A DNA stretch of 64,000 nucleotides, from NCBI GenBank assembly GCA_964016885.1, contig CAXHJY010000313.1, positions 22,709 to 86,708 of the forward strand, written 5' to 3'. The notes under the pieces are model-generated. The model saw only the letters and a list, made by a program, of their open reading frames with translations, had not been told where the DNA came from and searched no databases. Each line of letters opens with the position of its first letter. Position 1 is the first letter of the stretch. This document shows, one piece after another, positions 1-12,116 of this stretch. Source of the DNA: Eledone cirrhosa (taxonomy: Eukaryota). The position numbers were made by a program, and so were the translations under genes.

Positions 1-1266
1 TGGGTCATCGCTTGCTACATTGGATGTCGAAAGATAATCGTCCCCAGGCAGGCCAAATGTCAATCCGCAGTCCTCGCGACCCCTCTCTGACCGTCAGATC
101 ATCCATATACGTACAACCCGCACGGCAGTTACATTGCATTCACTCACTGCGCTCAGCAGCCCGGTCCTACTGGTCAACAGCGCTACTTGATTAAATCATT
201 TTACATCTGTCTAAGGAAGGTGTTTCCTCTGCCCAACACCATCCAACCGATCAATTCATGCTCAAATTACCCTTAGAGTGGTGTAGTGCCGTCCAAGTGG
301 GTGGATGTTGTCACGCCTGCCGTAGAGGTATAAATGGGTATTTTCCCTGCGAAGGGTTCCAGAGGGATGTCGTTGTTTGTGTTATAATGGATCAGCTAGT
401 GTTGGGTATGTAGTATAGGGTGTGTCTCTGGTGTTTGATGCTAGATGTGGTGTTAGGTTCCAGTCCGAGATTGCTATATATAGGGCTTAAAGTTTTGGAA
501 GGAATGTCTGAGGCGGTGCTGGCAAGTTGCAAACACCTCAGATTTTTTGTTAAGTAGGTTACGGTTGGAGAAGATAATATTGTGTGTCTCTAGTATACAG
601 AGGTTACAGAATTTATTAGGTGGTTTGTACGAGGTCGCGCTGCCTATCACTTCCCATTTGAGTGTGTATGGTTTATTTTTAGATTTTAGCTAGAAAGTGA
701 GGTGGAGTTGGCTAGGCTGTGCTTTTTGAACGAGTGGATGTGCGAGTTATATCTGATTTTGAAGCAGTTAGAAGTGGAGCCTACATAGGTTTCTGAAGAG
801 TTATTAGTCGTGACTGTGCATGAGTATATGACATCCTTGGTTAGGCATTTTTTATCTAAAGGGCAGGTTCTATTAGCTCTACAGTTACAATTATTCTGTG
901 CGTTAGTCCGCTGGTTATAATGCAATGCGGAAGTCTGTGTGGTGGATATAGGATTTTGGGTGTTCGGGTTGACAACCCTGGTGTTATTACTTATACTAGT
1001 GTTATTTCTATTGTTACTGCCGTTGCTATTGTTGCTTGCTACAGTGGTATTTAGAGGGTTTGCATCCCGTTGTGATTTTGTTTGTTGGAAGTAAGAACTA
1101 ATTTTACTATTATTGCTGCTAGCTATGTGGTATGCTAAGTTAGGCGTCGTAGAGTATGAGATTTTAATGGTGTTTTTGTTTAAGAGGTTGTGGTACTTGT
1201 GTCCTAGAGGGAAGTTTTTATCTAGTAGTGAGAAGAAAGCCCTAGGTATGTTGGTGGAGACATTTA
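1..1266 (-). mobile_element. Inverted partial copy of PLE family 1 (left arm of a large inverted repeat; continues beyond window start)
   Basis: 1..1266 is the near-perfect reverse complement of 1710..2975 (coordinates sum to 2976). ORF 686..1342(-) repeats the C-terminal peptide of ORF 1376..2290(+). Confidence 0.93.
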
Positions 1267-1375
1267 CACCTTTCCATTTACATTTACACCTTTCCATAAG
1301 CCTAATGAGAAACTTATTTACGTAGATACCAAGTCTAATCACCCTAGATCAATATTAAACTCTATCTCTAAGGGG

Positions 1376-2290
1376 GTGTCCAATAGAATCTCTAGTCTGT
1401 CCTATGACGCAAACATATTTAGCAAAAACTCACAATATTACAATCAAGCATTAGCTAGCTCCGGCCATAATATAGAAATTGAGTTCCTACCTAAGAAAAC
1501 ACATAGCTACAACATCATCTCGCACAACATGTCCATGAGGAAATCTAATAATAGGAATAGCAACCACAAGTACACCAAAGCGGAGGGTGCCACCGGAAGT
1601 AACCATTACCATGGAAACTACTGTGAGGCCTTAGGAGGAAGCAACACAACAAACACTAAAAGCAAAAATAGAAGAAGAAATAATACATTTTTCAACCCTC
1701 CTTTCAACCTAAATGTCTCCACCAACATACCTAGGGCTTTCTTCTCACTACTAGATAAAAACTTCCCTCTAGGACACAAGTACCACAACCTCTTAAACAA
1801 AAACACCATTAAAATCTCATACTCTACGACGCCTAACTTAGCATACCACATAGCTAGCAGCAATAATAGTAAAATTAGTTCTTACTTCCAACAAACAAAA
1901 TCACAACGGGATGCAAACCCTCTAAATACCACTGTAGCAAGCAACAATAGCAACGGCAGTAACAATAGAAATAACACTAGTATAAGTAATAACACCAGGG
2001 TTGTCAACCCGAACACCCAAAATCCTATATCCACCACACAGACTTCCGCATTGCATTATAACCAGCGGACTAACGCACAGAATAATTGTAACTGTAGAGC
2101 TAATAGAACCTGCCCTTTAGATAAAAAATGCCTAACCAAGGATGTCATATACTCATGCACAGTCACGACTAATAACTCTTCAGAAACCTATGTAGGCTCC
2201 ACTTCTAACTGCTTCAAAATCAGATATAACTCGCACATCCACTCGTTCAAAAAGCACAGCCTAGCCAACTCCACCTCACTTTCTAGCTAA
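1376..2290 (+). pseudogene. PLE family 1 linker + GIY-YIG endonuclease fragment, frameshifted near 2287
   Basis: ORF track motifs FNPPF, CNCRANRTCPLDKKCL, TYVGST..FKIRY..H. A deletion relative to the 35532..36623 copy removes the YIHYL codons. Confidence 0.85.
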
Positions 2291-3945
2291 AATCTAAAAA
2301 TAAACCATACACACTCAAATGGGAAGTGATAGGCAGCGCGACCTCGTACAAACCACCTAATAAATTCTGTAACCTCTGTATACTAGAGACACACAATATT
2401 ATCTTCTCCAACCGTAACCTACTTAACAAAAAATCTGAGGTGTTTGCAACTTGCCAGCACCGCCTCAGACATTCCTTCCAAAACTTTAAGCCCTATATAT
2501 AGCAATGTCGGACTGGAACCTAACACCACATCTAGCATCAAACACCAGAGACACACCCTATACTACATACCCAACACTAGCTGATCCATTATAACACAAA
2601 CAACGACATCCCTCTGGAACCCTTCGCAGGGAAAATACCCATTTATACCTCTACGGCAGGCGTGACAACATCCACCCACTTGGACGGCACTACACCACTC
2701 TAAGGGTAATTTGAGCATGAATTGATCGGTTGGATGGTGTTGGGCAGAGGAAACACCTTCCTTAGACAGATGTAAAATGATTTAATCGAGTAGCGCTGTT
2801 GACCAGTAGGACCGGGCTGCTGAGCGCAGTGAGTGAATGCAATGCAACTGCCGTGCGGGTTGTACGTATATGGATGATCTGACGGTCAGAGAGGGGTCGC
2901 GAGGACTGCGGATTGACATTTGGCCTGCCTGGGGACGATTATCTTTCGACATCCAATGTAGCAAGCGATGACCCAGACCTTACCAGAGATCATTGGGTCC
3001 TGAAGCAATCCTGCAATCACTGCGCCTGGTCATATGAGCAGACTACAACCACAGAGATCATTAATTTAGAATCCTCGCTCATCATCTATAATTTCCATTT
3101 GTAGCACCTTAAGAGGGGTTAATCCACCTTAATAATAATATGATCACCTTCAGCATAATTTAGTTAAACTACTCTATAGTTAGTACACTTTATGCTTTAA
3201 AAGTCTCTCTTGGAAGGTGCACCTCACCATAGAATTTAGGGTCTATATTGGGACACATTTTAATGGCTAGATATAGAAACCCCAGAGTTACCTCCCCGCA
3301 TGCATTAACTCCCCTTAGCCACACACACACTTCCGGTATTCAATGGCGTTTCTCGAAACGTAACAACCTCCTGTATCGAACTAAAGAACACCAGACTACG
3401 ATCTCTAACTGGATTGTCGTGGATTATGTGAAAGGCATATAATCGAAATATACACTCCCTTGACCATGAAAATGCCGAAGTACATGAATTACTTGACATC
3501 CCTGCGCTGTGCATCTCCAATACTTATAACACTTTTAATGCTTGCACTATCTTTAATGCTTATAATATTTCTCCACACACAGACTATATCAATCATATAA
3601 AGACTTTCCCACCAGATCTACCAACCTAACACTCTTACTTACCTACCTAAGTGCCTCTACCACACATATCTCTCTGCCACACTATATAAACAAGACGCAC
3701 ATGCGTGCCACACATATAACATTTGCACTATATAACCACTTATCTTCATGTTGTACTTTAACCTATATCTTTGATTTTTGATTGTACCTATTAATATAAA
3801 TGTAATCTCGAAGTGTGTACTGCCACTCTAAATTCTGTAATGAATGTTGACCCACAATGTTTGAATATGTATCAATGTTTGAATATGTATTGGTATGTCT
3901 CTCGGCTGAAAAGGAGGTCATATAACTGTCCATGCATTAATAAAT

Positions 3946-3992
3946 TGCTCCGAAGAATCCAAACCTCGGTTTGGAGGAAACAGCTGTAAGCA
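3946..3992 (+). ncRNA. Minimal type I hammerhead ribozyme, CCGAAGA (U4C) core variant
   Basis: TGCT-CCGAAGA-a-TCCAAACC tc GGTTTGGA-g-GAAA-CAGCTG-TA-AGCA. Stem I TGCT/AGCA, 8-bp stem II, palindromic stem III ACAGCTGT, GUA cleavage site. Confidence 0.8.
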
Positions 3993-4044
3993 CAATAATG
4001 TTTTGAACAGTTCTTTGATTCTTATATTTCATATATTTCATATG

Positions 4045-4250
4045 TATATATATATATATGTATATATATATGTATATATATATATAAATATATATGTATA
4101 TATGTATATGTATATATATATGTATATATATATATAAATATATATGTATATATGTATATGTATATATATATGTATATATATATGTATATATATATATGTA
4201 TATACATATATATGTATATGTATATATATATGTATATATATATATAAATA

Positions 4251-4303
<53 letters not shown>
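4045..4303. repeat. Imperfect (TA)n microsatellite
   Basis: TA run with TG interruptions. Confidence 0.97.
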
Positions 4304-5225
4304 GGAGGCCACATGGCTTAGTGGTTAGAGCATTGGCCTTGCAATCGAAAGGTTGTGAGTTCAATTCTCAGACCGGGTGATGTGTTGTGTCCTTGAGTAA
4401 GACACTCTATTTCACATTGCTCCAGTTTACTCATTCCCCTGCAAAGTGGTCGTGGAGGTGCCACGGCAAAAAAGCACCCACCACTCACTGTAAATGAGGT
4501 TGGTGTTAGGAAGGGCATCCAGCTGTAGAAATCAAGCCAGAATGGCTTGTGAAAGCGGTACAAGCCATGTATAGGGGAGCAGTCAGCAAAGTTAGGATTA
4601 GCAATGAGTATAGGAATTTAGCGTACAGGTTGGGGTCCACCAGGGCTCTGTTCTTACTGTTCATCATAGTCCTGCAGGCAATAACGGAGGAGTTTAAGAC
4701 CGGATGCCCATGGGAACTCCTGTATGCTGATGACCTCGCACTTATAGCTGAATCTATGGTAGAACTAGAGAATAAATTCCAAACTTGGAAGCAGGGACTA
4801 GAAAGAAAGGGTCTCAAAGTCAACATGACAAAGACTAAGGTCCTTGTAAGTAGACGAGAAAACAGAACCCAGATTGCTCAGTATGTAGGAAAGGTGTAGG
4901 TAGGAATTCCATTCTGCCCCAAATGCAAACAATGGGTACACAAGAGATGTAGCGGGATCTCAGGAAGTTTAATTAAGAATGTAGGCTTCACATGCACTGT
5001 AAATGAGGTTGGTGTTAGGAAGGGCATCCAGCTGTAGAAATCAAGCCAAATCAGTTCCTGTATGAGCAAGGCATGGTCAGCCGACCAGACACTGCCCACA
5101 ACAGGACAACCCGTCTAACCCATGCTAGCGTGGAAGAACGGACGTAAAACGGTGATGATGATGATGAATCAGTTCCCGTCCCACCCTTGCAAGCAGGGAA
5201 AAGCGGACGTAAAATGATGATGATA
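4304..5225 (+). mobile_element. Chimeric tRNA/CORE-type SINE containing an RTE-A RT fragment and two 3' tails
   Basis: A box TGGCTTAGTGG, B box GAGTTCAATTC and CORE-like GTGTCCTTGAGTAAGACACT. About 4540..4995 matches the RTE-A RT (YADD) with deletions. RTE 3' UTR with (GAT)n runs to about 5166, then a second SINE tail to 5225. Confidence 0.85.
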
Positions 5226-5243
5226 TATATATGTATATGTTTG

Positions 5244-5274
<31 letters not shown>

Positions 5275-5486
5275 GTATTGTTATATTTGGGGAGGGTCAT
5301 ATTTGCGTAATATTGCCAGAATTAATAACAGAACACACTCACTGTTTGGTTGGTTTTCGCTTCTCGCTGTCTTTTATATCTGCGATCTAACTTATTCGGT
5401 CCTCAATGTTGCCATTGACTGACCGGTGGTCAAAGATAATACAGATACAATATAGACACAAACACATATATATAGTTTACATAATT

Positions 5487-5530
5487 TACATAAATCTTTC
5501 GTTGCACATCTGCAACATCGTCAGTGGTAT
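5487..5530 (-). ncRNA. Degenerate hammerhead motif in PLE family 2 pLTR
   Basis: Minus strand CTGACGA-t-GTTGCA gatg TGCAAC-GAAA. Stems I and III are weak. It sits at the position homologous to the clean HHR at 58655. Confidence 0.55.
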
Positions 5531-5857
5531 TATATTCATTGTTCCTCCTGTTGTGTTGTATGTCTACGCCATTTTTTTTTTGTTCAGTCTGTCTATATAT
5601 TTATTTATTTATTTGCTTGTTTGTTTATCTTATTTTATTTTGTCTTCTTTGCGCATGCGTTTGCGTGTGTGTATAGTGTTATGTGTGATGTGTGACTAGT
5701 GTGTATAGTGTTGTGTCTGCTGGGTGACTAGTGTGTGTTTATGTGCTTGTTGTTATTGTGCTTGTGTATGTATTTATTTATCTTATTTTATTTAATTTTA
5801 TTTACTTATTTATACTTCTCTTAGGTCAGTGTTGTTTGTTTGGGTGTTGTTGTTGTT

Positions 5858-7483
5858 CTACTCATTCTTTCTGTTTAGCTTTGGTCTTCTAATTTCTATT
5901 TCACTGGCCTCTCTGATTTGCCTATCTGCTGGGTCATTCCTATGTTTAGATATTATTCTAATTTCTATGTTGTCTATGTTACCGTCATGTTGTTGTCTAG
6001 CATGTTCGTATAGTACTGACCCGTTTTTTCGTCCTTTTAGTTCACCCCAGTGTTGGTCTATCCTTTCACCTATGCTACGAGCTGTCTCACCTATGTATGT
6101 TGTTGTCATGTTTCTGCAAGTACCCTCTGTACATCTTATGCTATAGACTACGTTTCTAGTTTTACAGTTTATCCGGGGGTTCACCTTACATATGATACAT
6201 TTCCTATTGGTACAGTGGGTTTTCTTAAAAGGGTAGGTTTTGCTGATCAGGGATTTTATGGTGGTTCCTGGCTTTTCTACCACCTTTATTTTTAAGTGGG
6301 TCTTTCTCAGGGCCTTTCTACACTGGTTAGCTAATTTCCCTCCAGGGGTGGCGTCCACAAACATGACACTCTGATATCTCTGGTTGTCGTACCATGATGT
6401 GGCCTTCCCTATCTTATGTCTAGCCCTATCTAAGCTATTCCATGATTTGCTCCTGTATAGTGGGCAAATTCCTTTCATGTCCAGTTCTATGAGGGTCTTA
6501 TACTTTTCCATGGCTCCTTCGTATACTCTGACTCTGTCTCTTTGGTTGTAGCCAGAGAACTGCATGCGGTTGATGAAGTGTTGGATGTGTCCTTCCATTT
6601 CTATTGGGTCGCACATGCTGGACACATTCTTCATCACTCGTACCAAATCTACGATCAGAATATTAAACTTAGCACTACTGGACATTGCTGAGTTTTTGAG
6701 TATCAGGTATTTGGAGGCCATGGGTTTAGCATAGTGTGAGTGGAGAATTTGGGCTCTCTCGTCTATAGTGTTAATCCAGAGTTCTGTGTCTAATACAGGT
6801 AGTCTATTGTTAGGGTGTTTGGAAGGGAAGTCTATAGTTACAGTTATACTCTGGTGTATGGAATTAGCTATCTGCTGGATGCTTTCCATCGTGCTACGTT
6901 CTAAATCAAACTTGTTAGTGCTCTCTAGTGGGGGTGTTCTTATAACTATATTGATGTCGTCTACATAACGAGAGTACATGATGAGGTCTATGGAGCTTTC
7001 ATTAAGGAGATCTTTAAGTCTCCTTTCCCACCATACCATGAAAAGGTTGGCAACATCACCAGCTATGCTGACGCCGATGGCTGCTCCCTCATTTTGGGTG
7101 TAGATTTTCTCATTGAACTTAAATATGTGGCCCTTTAGGGTAGTTTTGATACTAGCCCCTATTGCATGTGCGACCATTTTTCTTACCTGATCAGTGTTTT
7201 GGGGGGTCCGTATAGCTTTGGTCCACCCAATCCACCTTCCTATGGGAGTCTTTTTAGCCATTGAGGTTATGGTGGGGGGTCTACCTCTTATAGGTCTACT
7301 AGGGCAGAAACATCTAAGGTCATGGCTGTCTAGGTAGTCAGTGTCGTAGGTAAGTCTAAGTAGGAGGCCCAGTTCGTCTGTGTCGACGTCGCAGAACTCC
7401 ATCTCACTCTCAATGATCATCTCCACACATCTTTTCACAGCAAAATCAATGTTAATGGATGGGTACAGTGACACCACATCCAT
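5858..7483 (-). pseudogene. PLE family 2 RT + GIY-YIG (5'-truncated)
   Basis: MDVVSLYPSI, GAAIG, RYVDD, LPVLD, VVYSIRC..YIGET.R...R..QH, EASEI..LNRKNE. Confidence 0.9.
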
Positions 7484-7678
7484 GCTGCCTATTATGCAGT
7501 TGGATAGGCTCCTGTTTTTGTTGCACTCACTGATTCTGCTGAGGAGGTCCTCTGTACTTTCACATATATATATATGTATATGTTTATATATATGTATGTA
7601 TATATATATATATATATACGTATATATATATGTATATATATGTATATGTATATATATGTATATCTATATATATATATG

Positions 7679-7711
<33 letters not shown>

Positions 7712-7734
7712 GGTGGTGTATATATATATATATA

Positions 7735-8680
7735 CGGCCATCTTATCTTAAACCTTACATTCTCGCTTAATTCTTTCATATTTTCATATTCTGTTGTATT
7801 TTCATAACAAAACAAATCACTATTATATATTCCTTTAAATATATTTTGTTAAACTTGCTAAGTTTTACGCAAAACTTCGAGTACCTATTTAAACTCTTAA
7901 CCTCTGCTCCATCCCATCTTCTACCCCCTACCCATACATCATGCTGGTTCCTGCCCCCCCCCCCCCCCCCTCTCTATACATATAAGATAAACCCTACCAA
8001 AATTAGTCAAAATCGCCAACTCGCTATTTCTGGGATGGCTGTTCCTGCGGTATAAAGTAACGTTCAAATATTTTTCTCGATTCTTCTCTCCATTCGAATC
8101 CATTCATTCAATCACTATTCTATGTCCTAATTTCACACTATATCATATTTTCACCATTCTATATCGTATTTTTTCTCGACTCTTCTCTCCATTCGAATCC
8201 ATTCATTCAATCACTATTCTATGTCCTAATTTCACACTATATCATATTTTCACCATTCTATATCATATTTTTTCTCTAAAAATCATATTTTCCCTATCAC
8301 CGCATTTCTCTATCGTATTTTCTTAAACAAAACAAATCTTGTATTTTCGTTTATTGTTAAATTATGCCCAAAATATGGCGATCTTATCTTAAACCTTACA
8401 TTCTTGCTAACACTCGCTAACAACCCATCATCCCTCCCACCGCCCCACGCACCACCATTATTACGTGGACCAATCATAAGTCAGAGGCCCATACTATCGC
8501 TTAACTGGTTGCTTTTCGATATGATGGATGGACTACGGAATTCTGGAGAGTTGAAGAGAGAAAAATGTGGACGCTCTGCGACAATGCCAAAGATAAAGCC
8601 AAATTCACCTCGTGGACGAGAATGCAAGCACTCCTCCTTGTTTCGGCCCAGGATGGCTAACATAACCCCCCCCCCCCCCC
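7735..8680. other. Unclassified non-coding segment with internal duplications, motif-related to the 392-bp satellite
   Basis: About 100-bp tandem duplication at ~8070..8277. ATCTTATCTTAAACCTTACATTCT occurs at ~7740 and ~8381. Shares ATTCATTCAATC and GTTCCT(G/A)C-run-TCTCTAT with the satellite unit. Confidence 0.5.
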
Positions 8681-9532
8681 GAAAGCAAACCTGCTGTTGG
8701 CGACAGACAAAGTCTGTGGCTGGAGCAGGCCTGTAGGCAGGAGGAGAGTAACATGGTGGTGGAACAGTAAGGTGGAGGGGTTAATTAAGGCCAAAAAGCA
8801 AGCTTGGAAAGTATGGCGGGATGGGGGAAGTAGAGAAGAGTATCAAGTGGCCAGGAGGGAAGCTAGGAGACAAGTGTACTTAGCAAGAAGGGAAGCTGAG
8901 GAAAGAAAGTTCAAGCATGTTCTACAACGCGATGACCAAAAACGTGAGGTGTTCAGGATTGCTAGACAATGCGTCAAGGAAAACCGTGATATTGTCGGGG
9001 AGAAGTGTGTACTAAACGACGATGGCACACTTGCCATCACCGACGCTGATAAGCAGGTAGCTTGGAAGTGTCACTATGAAAGGCTACTAAATGAGGAGAA
9101 TAAATGGGAGAAAGACAGTCTCCCCCATATCGACCGCCTTACCTAAATACATAGTAAAACCTACTACAGCCAGTAGGCATCTCTAACAAAATACACCCCC
9201 GTCCCACCACCCCCCACCCCATCCACACCACCCCCTCCTATGTAAAGTTATGTTGGTGCCACACCATCCAGGCCGAAACAAATGAGATCGTGTAGGTGTC
9301 ACGACAAAAAAACACACAGTCCACGCTGTAATGTGGCCGTGTAGGCAACACGGTAAAAACCTCCCAGACCCACACTGTAAATGTGGTTGGTGTTAGGAAG
9401 GGCATCCAACTGTAGAAAACCTGCCAGACAGTCCTATGCGAGCAAGACAATCACTCTTGCCTCAAGTGGGAATACCCCCGTCCAAACCCATGCAAGCGTG
9501 GAACACGGACGTTAAACGTTGATGATGATGAT
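8681..9532 (+). mobile_element. RTE-B LINE fragment with large internal deletion
   Basis: TWWWN linker region (ORF 8697..9146) is joined at GACC microhomology (~9135) to the ORF end RLT*, the 3' UTR and the (GAT)n tail. Confidence 0.9.
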
Positions 9533-11166
<1,634 letters not shown>

Positions 11167-11608
11167 ATAAACGGAAAAAATGAAACTTAATTTCATTTCC
11201 CACTCTTAGTACGGCTGTTACTTAAATATAAGTATGTACACGTACATACATATATGTATACCGACGTACAGTAGTATGTATATATATATATACATACATG
11301 CACACATATATATATGCACGTATGGATTCACCGAACATTTATTATAATGCTCCGTGTGTTTGTAAACAAACATCCCGTATTAAGCCGTAGTGTCTAGCAA
11401 CCACCGTTGCTCGTTTGTTCAACACTGACAAAGGAACGCTGTACTAGTTTCAAGCTTGTTAGCTATCGTCAGCAACGTATACCTTCCTGCCAGATTGTTG
11501 AACGTATATACTTACCTTATGCATATAAACGGCTGAGTAGCCCAATTTGCATATCGAGTGGGTTAATCGGGCGGGTGCACCGAAAACGATAAACGGAAAA
11601 AATGAAAC
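11167..11608 (-). mobile_element. Non-coding hammerhead mini-element E1 (retrozyme-like), 422-bp unit with 20-bp terminal redundancy
   Basis: ATAAACGGAAAAAATGAAAC at 11167..11186 and 11589..11608. Internal HHR, octamer ATTTGCAT at 11545..11552, no meaningful ORF, TA-flanked. Confidence 0.75.
11436..11478 (-). ncRNA. Minimal type I hammerhead ribozyme
   Basis: Minus strand ACGTTG-CTGACGA-tAGCT aaca AGCTt-GAAA-CTAG-TA-CAGCGT. 6-bp stem I, palindromic stem III ACTAGT, GUA site. Confidence 0.88.
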
Positions 11609-11643
11609 GATATTTATATATATATATGTATATATATAAATAT

Positions 11644-11803
11644 ACAGCAAGACACGAGGGAAACCTAAGGGCAGCAGCAACAAACTCCCTCCTACACCAG
11701 TGGCCAACCTATACAGGCTGGAGATAAAATGTGTAGCAACAAGGGCGGTGCCCCAGCATGGCCTCAGCCGGATGGCTGAAACAGGTAAAAGAGTAAAAGA
11801 GTA
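11644..11803 (+). mobile_element. 3' end fragment of CR1/L2-group LINE (same family as 60730..63346)
   Basis: Matches the reverse complement of 60730..60889 and ends in the AAAAGAGT tail repeat. Confidence 0.92.
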
Positions 11804-11830
11804 ATATGTATATATATATATATGTATATG

Positions 11831-11863
<33 letters not shown>

Positions 11864-12002
11864 GTATATATATATGTATATGTATATATATATGTATATA
11901 TATATGTATATGTATATATGTATATGTATATGTATATATATATATGTATATGTATATATATATATGTATATATATATGTATATATATGTGTATATATATG
12001 TG

Positions 12003-12037
<35 letters not shown>

Positions 12038-12078
12038 GTATATATATATGTATATATATATGTATATATATATGTATA

Positions 12079-12113
<35 letters not shown>

Positions 12114-12116
<3 letters not shown>

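Larger units (their letters stand above)
1267..4044 (+). mobile_element. Penelope-like element family 1 (Naiad-like), 5'-truncated, with long 3' non-coding region and HHR
   Basis: Encodes the RT-thumb motif PFHKPNEKLIYV..SNHP, then CNC..CPL..CL and the GIY-YIG IYSC..TYVG..R. After a small deletion it continues CNLC..E..LLNKKSE..CQHR. Homologous to 33795..36623 and ends in ATATTTCAT repeats. Confidence 0.9.
5275..7566 (-). mobile_element. Penelope-like element family 2, 5'-truncated
   Basis: Near-identical to 54505..56791. Carries an RT + GIY-YIG ORF and a 3' pLTR region. Confidence 0.92.

Noticed and set aside
11508-11517. ATACTTACCT matching the U1 snRNA 5' end near an octamer
   Set aside because: No further U1 sequence follows. 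It is at most a splice-donor-like AGGTAAGT on the minus strand and is absent from E2.
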